Part shown: positions 36,137 through 43,641 of the stretch, in pieces
Numbering within the stretch: position 1 is the stretch's first letter
How the letters are laid out: the number at the start of each line of letters is the position of its first letter
Assembly: GCA_003697105.1 (NCBI GenBank)
Contig: RFFQ01000025.1
Location: forward strand, 1 to 46,618
Length of the DNA: 46,618 nt
Direction: 5' to 3'
DNA from: Gemmatimonadota bacterium
Lineage (GTDB): Bacteria; 4572-55; J002
Program-made: the position numbers and the translations under genes
Notes under the pieces: model-generated
Told to the model about the DNA's origin: nothing
Database searches by the model: none
What the model saw: only the letters and a program-made list of their open reading frames with translations

Positions 36137-37711
36137 TTAGGGCTTGGGATGCAAGGTAACTACTGGCACAATCATCTCTTCCATGGAGATGCCGCCGTGA
36201 TGGAAACTATCGGCGTACTGTCGCTTGTACTCCGAATAGTTGGTGGGATAAACAAAATAGTAATCTTCTTTAGCAAGGATATAGTTCATACTTTTGGAGG
36301 TTGCCGGAAGCATGTAATCTGTGGGGTTGGTGATTTTCACCGCGTCTTTTTGGTCGCAGTTGAGGTTGTTACCGTATTTATAGCGCAGGCTGGTTGAGGT
36401 ATCCCGGTTCCCATAAGCGGTAGTGGCTCGCCGTCCCATCACCGAGCCGTGATCTGTGGTCAGCACTACCGTTGCCCCTTGAGAGGCAATGATTTGGAAC
36501 ATCTCTCGAACCGGAGAGTGCTCAAACCACGCCCGCGTTAGTGCCCGAAATGCGGCTTCATCCGGGGCAATTTCCCTCATCACCTCCAGCTCTGAACGGG
36601 TATGGACAAGAATATCCATGAAGTTAAACACCATTGCGACAAGCGGCATCCGGTCAAACGAGGCAACCGTGCGGTTGGCTTCTTGGGATTCCTCGGTGGT
36701 AAACACCTTGATATATTTGGGTAACGGGTTGATTTTGACTTCCAAGTCCGCCAGTTGACGCTCCAATAACTGCCGTTCATGGCGGTTTTTACTGCCTTCT
36801 TCATCCCTGTTGCCATTGATGCCGTACCAATAGTGGGGATATTTTTCAGCAATTTCCAGCGGAAATAATCCGGAAAAGAGCGCATTGCGCGAGTAGGGTG
36901 TGGCGGTGGGCAAAATCGAATAGTAACTGTCACGCTCAATACTAAAGTATGGGTTCAAGAGCGGTTCGATCATCAGCCATTGATCGTAGCGCATACAGTC
37001 CATTACGATAAAATAGGTGGGTTTGCCGTGCCGCAAATGGGGTGCGACGTATTTTTTGACGACATCGACGGAGAGTGTCGGTGACGTCTCCCGCTGGTGA
37101 ATCCAGCCGGTATAGTGGCGTTCAATATAGCGGCAAAATTCATGGTTGCTTTCGTTCAGATTACTCTGGTGCATGGTTTTCAAATCGCTATCTTTGTAGT
37201 GATCCAGTTCCACATCCCATTCACACAGCCAATGGTATAACGCGATCCAATCTTCCGGCGTCATGGGACCCATGCGCCGGGCTTGCCACTGGGCAAATTC
37301 GCGGGCATAGTCCTGCCCCAGACGATTTTCCCGGATCGTCCGGGATTCTAATGTCCGCTTACAGGCACTTAAAATTTGGCTCGGATTGACCGGCTTGGTC
37401 AGATAGTCATCGATTCGCTTCCCGATAGCTTCATCCATCAGATGTTCTTCTTCATTTTTAGTGATCATGATGATCGGGATATTGGGGTCATAATTTTTAA
37501 TTTCGGTTAATGTGGTTAAGCCATCTTTACCGGGCATCATTTCGTCCAGTAGCACCAAATCGTAGCGGTTTTGTTCAACGAGGGCAATCGCATCATCTCC
37601 GTTGGTCACTGGCGTGACATCATACCCTTTTGCTTTCAAAAAATGAATATGCGCCTTTAATTGATCGATTTCATCGTCTGCCCAGATAATTCGCTTGGAT
37701 TGCAATTTCAT
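36137..37711 (-). CDS. porX: PorX-like response regulator with PglZ/alkaline-phosphatase domain
   Basis: IIWADDEID, LLDEMMPG, MITKNEEE; VMDCMRYDQW, SILPTATPYSRNA, TTDHG, FHHGGISMEEM. Confidence 0.85.
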   Translation of the reverse strand: MKLQSKRIIWADDEIDQLKAHIHFLKAKGYDVTPVTNGDDAIALVEQNRYDLVLLDEMMPGKDGLTTLTEIKNYDPNIPIIMITKNEEEHLMDEAIGKRIDDYLTKPVNPSQILSACKRTLESRTIRENRLGQDYAREFAQWQARRMGPMTPEDWIALYHWLCEWDVELDHYKDSDLKTMHQSNLNESNHEFCRYIERHYTGWIHQRETSPTLSVDVVKKYVAPHLRHGKPTYFIVMDCMRYDQWLMIEPLLNPYFSIERDSYYSILPTATPYSRNALFSGLFPLEIAEKYPHYWYGINGNRDEEGSKNRHERQLLERQLADLEVKINPLPKYIKVFTTEESQEANRTVASFDRMPLVAMVFNFMDILVHTRSELEVMREIAPDEAAFRALTRAWFEHSPVREMFQIIASQGATVVLTTDHGSVMGRRATTAYGNRDTSTSLRYKYGNNLNCDQKDAVKITNPTDYMLPATSKSMNYILAKEDYYFVYPTNYSEYKRQYADSFHHGGISMEEMIVPVVTLHPKP

Positions 37712-37723
37712 GAATTTCCCTTT

Positions 37724-37969
37724 CTAGCTCTGTAAGCGCTGGTTTAAAAGTTCAAATGCCAATTTACGGATGCCCTGATGCTTCACATAAGTAATCGTGG
37801 TCAGGGTGGCATCATCTAGATAAGCGGCATAAAGTTGCAAAATTTCCAGTAAGCGGGTTTCTGCCGGAATACGGGTCGCTGGATCATCCATTTGGGCTAA
37901 TTGGCATAATTCTTCAATGGCTTCGGGATGATCATTGATGCCCGGAATAATAATGTTTGTTTCTGCCAT
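37724..37969 (-). CDS. Small hypothetical helical protein (81 aa)
   Basis: Strong SD GAGGAGG before the ATG; ends 12 bp upstream of the porX-like gene on the same strand. Confidence 0.65.
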   Translation of the reverse strand: MAETNIIIPGINDHPEAIEELCQLAQMDDPATRIPAETRLLEILQLYAAYLDDATLTTITYVKHQGIRKLAFELLNQRLQS

Positions 37970-38154
37970 GGTGTAACCTCCTCGGGGTCTTGTTAAGCGA
38001 AGATAATGCCAGCTGGATAAATGGCATAATAATTTTATTATCAGTATCTTATAGGTTGGGTATCCAGTAGTGGGGGTGTATTTTTTGCAACGTTACGGAT
38101 GAATGAAGAGACGGTGGGTTGAAGAATACCAGAACAGTGAGATTTTTACATAAA

Positions 38155-38193
38155 TTTAAGACTGCCAGTCTGCAAACGGCTGGCAGTCTTAAA
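38155..38193. terminator. Palindrome downstream of the P-type ATPase (terminator- or REP-like)
   Basis: TTTAAGACTGCCAG-11 nt-CTGGCAGTCTTAAA, a perfect 14-bp stem. Confidence 0.6.
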
Positions 38194-38215
38194 GAGATTT
38201 ACATTTGGGGGGGGG

Positions 38216-40324
38216 TTATCGCAGTGCCCGCATCGCGTTGAAAACCGCAAGTAATGCCACCCCGACATCGGCAAAGACCGCGCTCCACATGGTGGCTATT
38301 CCCGCCGCCCCTAGCCCGATAAATACCCCTTTAATGCCAAGAGCTAGGACAATATTCTGCCAAACAATACGACGGGTTTTTTTTGCGATCCGAATGGCTT
38401 CTGCGACTTTGGTGGGGGCGTCGTCCATCAGGACAACATCGGCAGTTTCAATGGCGGCATCCGAACCAAGACCGCCCATGGCTAGCCCCACATCCGCCCG
38501 GGCGATAACCGGTGCATCGTTGATCCCATCGCCCACAAACGCCACCGTTCCTTGACCCCGTGCGTTCTGCAAGACATCTTCTAATGCCGTTAATTTATCT
38601 TCGGGCAACAGTTCTGCTTTGACGTGATCAATGCCAATCGCCAACCCAACCCGATCCGCCACCGCCTGATTATCACCGGTGAGCATGACAATATGATCGA
38701 CGCCAACGTGTTTCAGGTCGCGAATCGCCTGAGCCGCATCCGGTTTGAGTTCATCATCGATCCGCAGATAACCGGCATAATGGCGATCCACTGCCAGATG
38801 CACCACTGTACCGGGCACTTGGCACACCGCATCGCTATGATCGATCTCCTGATGGTGAAGAAATCGATCATTCCCTGCAGTGACGGCACGGTTGGCTACG
38901 GTTGCTTGAACACCGTGCCCGGCAATTTCCTGATAATTCTTTACCGGATCACACGTTTCTTTACCGTATGCGCTCACAATGGATTGGGCGATAGGATGGT
39001 TGGACTGCGATTCCACATGGGCTCCCCAATGTAGCATTTCGGCCGAAGAGAGATTGCTATGAGGTACAATATCTACTACGTTAAATACGCCCTGAGTCAA
39101 GGTACCGGTCTTATCGAACACAACCGTTTTGACTTTTGCCAGTACATCAAGATAGTTTGACCCCTTGATCAAGATTCCACGCCGGGATGCACCCCCAATT
39201 CCGCCAAAATAACTCAGCGGGATGCTAATCACCAAAGCACACGGGCAGGAAATCACCAGCACAACCAGTGCGCGATATACCCAATCCGTAAAGGAAGCCC
39301 CGGGCACGAGCAACGGCGGTAAAAGCGCGATGGCTATCGCGGTAAGCACCACAATCGGCGTGTAATAACGCGCAAATACCGTGATAAACTTCTCCGTTTT
39401 TGCCTTGCGATTGGTGGCATTTTCCACCAGATCAAGTACTTTGGCAATAGAGGATTCGCCAAATTCACGGGAGACCCGAACGGTGAGAGTACCCGTTTTG
39501 TTGATCGTTCCGGCAAAAACCTCATCATTTACATGCACTCCTCGCGGTACGGATTCGCCGGTTAGTGCGGAGGTATCCACTTGCGAATCACCCTCAACGA
39601 TGATCCCGTCTAAAGGGATTTTTTCACCGGGTTTAACACAGATCAACTGCCCGACCCGCACCTCTTCGGGATCGACATCCTGTATTTGGTCACCCGTTTT
39701 GAGATGAGCAATATCCGGGCGAATCGCCAACAACGCCTGTATGGAACGCCGGGAGCGAATCACAGAAAGTTCCTGAAAAAATTCACCCAGCCGGTAAAAA
39801 ACCATCACCCCGACCGCTTCCGGGAGTTCCCGGATCAATATGGCGCCCACAGTAGCGAGGGACATCAGAAAGTTTTCGTCAAAAATTTGCCCCTGCCGGA
39901 TATTACGCCACGCCGTCCGTAAGACGGGTCCTCCCGCGACCAGATAGAGCGGTATGAAAAATATCCACGTGCCATACTCGGCGGGAGTATGCGCTAACTG
40001 GATTTGGAAAAATAAACCAACTATAAACGTGATGGTAATAATTGCGAGTAAAATACCCTCTCGAACCAGTTTGGCGCGGTCTTCCGTGTGGGCAGAAGTG
40101 GGTTTACGGTGTTGGGAAATCTCGGTTAGCGTAATTTGCGGCTCGGCGGCAAGAATCGTTGCTTTGACGGTTTCCCATTCATCGGTGTCAATCTGCAGGG
40201 TTGAGGTCATAAAATTGAGCGACACGTGACGTACACAATCCATATTTTGGAGGGTCGCTTCCAAACCGGCGGCGCAACTGGGGCAATCAATGTTTTCAAT
40301 ACGGAATTTTTGCATCATGGTCAT
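38216..40324 (-). CDS. cadA: Heavy-metal-translocating P1B-type ATPase (CadA/ZntA-like)
   Basis: HMA DCPSCA, TGES, SCPCAL, DKTGTLT, HP, GDGINDAP, ADVG. Confidence 0.9.
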   Translation of the reverse strand: MTMMQKFRIENIDCPSCAAGLEATLQNMDCVRHVSLNFMTSTLQIDTDEWETVKATILAAEPQITLTEISQHRKPTSAHTEDRAKLVREGILLAIITITFIVGLFFQIQLAHTPAEYGTWIFFIPLYLVAGGPVLRTAWRNIRQGQIFDENFLMSLATVGAILIRELPEAVGVMVFYRLGEFFQELSVIRSRRSIQALLAIRPDIAHLKTGDQIQDVDPEEVRVGQLICVKPGEKIPLDGIIVEGDSQVDTSALTGESVPRGVHVNDEVFAGTINKTGTLTVRVSREFGESSIAKVLDLVENATNRKAKTEKFITVFARYYTPIVVLTAIAIALLPPLLVPGASFTDWVYRALVVLVISCPCALVISIPLSYFGGIGGASRRGILIKGSNYLDVLAKVKTVVFDKTGTLTQGVFNVVDIVPHSNLSSAEMLHWGAHVESQSNHPIAQSIVSAYGKETCDPVKNYQEIAGHGVQATVANRAVTAGNDRFLHHQEIDHSDAVCQVPGTVVHLAVDRHYAGYLRIDDELKPDAAQAIRDLKHVGVDHIVMLTGDNQAVADRVGLAIGIDHVKAELLPEDKLTALEDVLQNARGQGTVAFVGDGINDAPVIARADVGLAMGGLGSDAAIETADVVLMDDAPTKVAEAIRIAKKTRRIVWQNIVLALGIKGVFIGLGAAGIATMWSAVFADVGVALLAVFNAMRALR

Positions 40325-40443
40325 CCGAAAAAATGCGGTTGAACTCCAAATTTATATGTCTGGAGCAGTGCCGGAGGTGAAATCGTCCCGAAAATACGAA
40401 TGAAGCCGGTAAACGTCAAGCGAAAACGGGATTTTGATAATCA

Positions 40444-40472
40444 TTGACAAATAGCCTCTTTTTGCTTACCAT
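40444..40472 (+). promoter_or_regulatory. Sigma70-type promoter for the SucC-like gene cluster
   Basis: TTGACA-17 bp-TACCAT, 60 bp upstream of ATG 40533. Confidence 0.6.
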
Positions 40473-40532
40473 CCGGTTCTAATCGGATAAAAAACTCTAA
40501 TTATATGGCACTGATATTTTAATGAGGTTATT

Positions 40533-42080
40533 ATGGCACGTATTCATGAATTTCAAGGCAAAGCATTGCTCAAACAGCATAAGATTTCCGTTCCCCATGG
40601 ACGAGCGGCACGCACGCCGGATGAGGTGTACCAGATTGCTCTGGAGATTGGCAAGCCGGTCGTCATTAAAGCACAAGCATGGACCACCGGCCGGGCAGGG
40701 CTGGGGCTGATCCAATTTGCGGATACGCCGGATGAGGCAAAATCAATCGCAGAAAGTCTGTTTGGCCAGATTGTCAAAGGTTTTCCGGTGGAAGTTTTGC
40801 TGGTGGAAGAAAAAATCCGTATTGCTCAGGAATTTTACGCCGGTGTCATCATTGATGATAAAAATGCTTGCCCGCTGATGATTTTCAGCTCCAAGGGCGG
40901 TACCGGCATTGAAGAAATTGCAGCAAAACATCCGGACAAGGTTGCCCAATACCAAATTGACATCATTGAAGGCTTGCGGGATTTTGAGGCACGTGACCTT
41001 ATCCGTCGAACTGGTATCCACGGTAAGTTGCAAATGAAACTGGCAAATGTGCTGGTTCAATTGTACCAAACCGCTCGGGATCACGAAGCCCGTTCTGCCG
41101 AGATCAACCCCTTGGTTGTCTTGGAAGATGGGGCGATCCTAGCCGCGGATTGCCGGATAACCGTTGATGACTATGCCGTATTTCGCCATCCTGAATTGGG
41201 AATTGATGTTGCGCGAGAGTTTGGCCATCCCCCGTCAGAATTAGACTTGATCGCGTACAATGTAGAGAAAAATGACTATCGCGGCACCTTTTACTTTGTT
41301 CAGATGGAGACGGGATTTCAAGCCGGAGAAAAATACATTGGTTTTCATGGCGCCGGTGGTGGTGGTTCCATGATGAGCATGGATGCCGTGACCCGCAAAG
41401 GATATAAAATTGCCAATTTTACGGATACCAGCGGCAACCCGCCCGCATCAAAGGTTTACCGTGCCGCGAAAATTATCCTCGCGCAAAAAGGTATTGATGG
41501 CTATTTTGGCAGTGGCTCTGGTGTTGCCAGTCAAGAGCAGTTTCATTCCGCACGAGGATTGGTCAAGGCATTTCGGGAGGAACAGCTTTCCATCCCTGCC
41601 GTGATCCGGTTAGGCGGTAATGCCGAAGATAAAGCGGTCGAAATTCTGGAAACATACACGAAAGATTTACCGGCACCGGTAGAGGGTTATAAAAAAGATG
41701 ATTCCGTTGATTTTTGCGCCGAGCGCTTTGACCAGTTGGTTCAACAGGTGAAAGAACAGGGCTTGAAACCTGCCACTCCTTTCCAAAAACCCGAAGCAAA
41801 AGAACCATACGTTTTCCAAACCCTAACCGGATCGGTAACATTTGATTATGCTTTATGCGCCGGTTGTGAATCCCATGCGTGTGTAGAACAGTGTGTCCCG
41901 CAGATTTTAAAGATCGATGAACACGGTTTGCCGGTACTGGCGATCTCTATTGAAGAGGCGGCAAAAGGTAAATGTACCGAGTGCCTCGCTTGTGAAATCG
42001 AATGCTATTTTCACGGCAACAAGGGCGGTTATGTGGATTTACCCATCCCCGGCTTGGAAGAATACCGCCGGAAACAATGA
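40533..42080 (+). CDS. Succinyl-CoA-synthetase beta-like ATP-grasp ligase fused to a C-terminal 2[4Fe-4S] ferredoxin domain
   Basis: HEFQGKALL, VIKAQAWTTGRAGLG, AEINPL, DDYAVFRH, ANFTDTSGNP, IRLGGN; then CAGCESHACVEQC and CTECLACEIEC. Confidence 0.85.
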   Translation: MARIHEFQGKALLKQHKISVPHGRAARTPDEVYQIALEIGKPVVIKAQAWTTGRAGLGLIQFADTPDEAKSIAESLFGQIVKGFPVEVLLVEEKIRIAQEFYAGVIIDDKNACPLMIFSSKGGTGIEEIAAKHPDKVAQYQIDIIEGLRDFEARDLIRRTGIHGKLQMKLANVLVQLYQTARDHEARSAEINPLVVLEDGAILAADCRITVDDYAVFRHPELGIDVAREFGHPPSELDLIAYNVEKNDYRGTFYFVQMETGFQAGEKYIGFHGAGGGGSMMSMDAVTRKGYKIANFTDTSGNPPASKVYRAAKIILAQKGIDGYFGSGSGVASQEQFHSARGLVKAFREEQLSIPAVIRLGGNAEDKAVEILETYTKDLPAPVEGYKKDDSVDFCAERFDQLVQQVKEQGLKPATPFQKPEAKEPYVFQTLTGSVTFDYALCAGCESHACVEQCVPQILKIDEHGLPVLAISIEEAAKGKCTECLACEIECYFHGNKGGYVDLPIPGLEEYRRKQ

Positions 42081-42103
42081 ATATGAATAATGAGTAATGA
42101 TAT

Positions 42104-42173
42104 ACTCCCAAACTCGTAAAACTCCCAAACTCATAAACTCCCAAACTCGTAAAACTCATAAACTCCCAAACTC
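42104..42173 (+). repeat. AACTC-core tandem array (9 units)
   Basis: ACTCCCA AACTCGTAA AACTCCCA AACTCATA AACTCCCA AACTCGTAA AACTCATA AACTCCCA AACTC; preceded by a short AATGA(A/G)T repeat at 42076-42100. Confidence 0.9.
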
Positions 42174-42177
42174 ACCT

Positions 42178-42882
42178 ATGCTTCGTTTTCCCAAATTCTT
42201 TAAATCATCATCGGCTCCGAGAAATCCAGATTATCTCGAACCTGATTTTTTGTTATCGGCATATATAATGGGGATGTTCCCCATGGCGATCCCGGAAGAG
42301 GGGGATGAAATTTACTGGTTTTCTCCGGACCCGCGCGCGATTCTTCCATTAAATGCATTCCACATTCCACATGACCTCAAGCGAATTTACTATCGCAAAA
42401 AGCCTTTTGATTTACGAGTGAATACGGCATTTGAGGAAGTCATCCGGGCGTGTGCGAATACAGAAAAGCGCTTGAGCGATCCAGAACGTAAAACGACGTG
42501 GATTTCCGAACGCATCATTCAGGCATATACCCGGCTACATCGCTTGGGTTTTGCTCATAGCGTGGAATCATGGCAAGATGGTGAGTTAGTTGGTGGGTTG
42601 TATGGGGTGGCGCTGGGCGGTGCTTTTTTTGGAGAATCCATGTTTAGTTATGTCTCAGAAGCTTCCAAAGTGGCTCTGGTTTATCTCGTAGAACGGCTGA
42701 ATGCGCGAGGATTCCGGTTATTGGATGTTCAGTATCAAACAGCACATTTAGCACGGTTTGGTGCAATTGAAATTCCTAAAAAAGATTATATGAAACGATT
42801 AGAACACGCCCTAAACCAGCAAAATAGTTACTTTGACCAACCGCCACCTCTGCAATCAAGCACTCTATCACTGGAGATTTGA
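42178..42882 (+). CDS. aat: Leucyl/phenylalanyl-tRNA-protein transferase
   Basis: AYIMGMFPM, WFSPDPRA, TWI, AHSVESW, GGLYGV, FFGESMFS, ASKVAL, LLDVQ; start could alternatively be 42097. Confidence 0.93.
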   Translation: MLRFPKFFKSSSAPRNPDYLEPDFLLSAYIMGMFPMAIPEEGDEIYWFSPDPRAILPLNAFHIPHDLKRIYYRKKPFDLRVNTAFEEVIRACANTEKRLSDPERKTTWISERIIQAYTRLHRLGFAHSVESWQDGELVGGLYGVALGGAFFGESMFSYVSEASKVALVYLVERLNARGFRLLDVQYQTAHLARFGAIEIPKKDYMKRLEHALNQQNSYFDQPPPLQSSTLSLEI

Positions 42883-43604
42883 TGAATATTTGGGCGATTG
42901 CTGATTTACACCTTTCGTTTGCGCAACCCAAACCGATGAGTATTTTTGGTGCGCATTGGCAAGACCATTATCGCCGGATTGCCCAACACTGGTGGCTAAA
43001 GGTCCATCCTCAAGATGTGGTCTTGATTGCCGGGGATATTTCATGGGCAATGAAACCGGTTGAGGCTGAACCCGACCTCAACTGGATTGGCAATTTACCC
43101 GGCCGAAAGATTATGATTAAAGGGAATCATGATTTTTGGTGGGGGAGTGCTCGAAAAGTCCGGCAACAACTCCCAGCGGATATGTTCATTCTGGATGGGG
43201 AAGCGATGGAGATCGAAAATACAATCGTTTGTGGTACCCGGGGTTGGCTGGCGCCGAACGACCCCACATTTGACCCCGAAATTGACCAAAAACCATTTGA
43301 GAGACAACTGAGACGCCTTGAACGGGCTCTGGATCAAGCTCAGGTACTGCAAACCCAAAATCAACCCATCTACGTAATGCTACACTACCCGCCGCTCACG
43401 ACTCATGGAGAACATACCCCCTTTTTGGAATTAATCCTGTCCACACCAGTACATACCGTCCTTTACGGGCATTTGCACGACACCGAATCCCAACAACAGG
43501 CACGAAAAGGATGGGTGGGCGGGGTTCGCTACCAACTAATTGCCGCTGATTATCTTCAATTTGATCCGCAGTTGCTTTCTCCATCAGGTGAGATGCATCT
43601 CTAA
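42882..43604 (+). CDS. Calcineurin-like metallophosphoesterase
   Basis: ADLHL, AGDISW, KGNHD, MLHYPP, YGHLH; TGATG coupling with aat. Confidence 0.92.
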   Translation: MNIWAIADLHLSFAQPKPMSIFGAHWQDHYRRIAQHWWLKVHPQDVVLIAGDISWAMKPVEAEPDLNWIGNLPGRKIMIKGNHDFWWGSARKVRQQLPADMFILDGEAMEIENTIVCGTRGWLAPNDPTFDPEIDQKPFERQLRRLERALDQAQVLQTQNQPIYVMLHYPPLTTHGEHTPFLELILSTPVHTVLYGHLHDTESQQQARKGWVGGVRYQLIAADYLQFDPQLLSPSGEMHL

Positions 43605-43620
43605 GATGCACCTCACCTGA
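43584..43620. terminator. Long palindrome between convergent genes (REP-like or bidirectional terminator)
   Basis: TCAGGTGAGATGCATCT-CTA-AGATGCACCTCACCTGA, 17-bp stem with 1 mismatch, spanning the stop codon. Confidence 0.6.
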
Positions 43621-43641
43621 CCTGTTCTCACCAGTTTGAAG

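Noticed and set aside
36137-37711. BREX defence system suggested by the PglZ domain
   Set aside because: PglZ is fused to a REC domain (PorX type); no brxC, pglX or brxL nearby. The Brx in the suf operon is a bacilliredoxin, unrelated to BREX BrxA/B
38207-38215. G9 tract as a phase-variation site
   Set aside because: Lies just after the ATPase stop codon, outside any CDS or evident promoter
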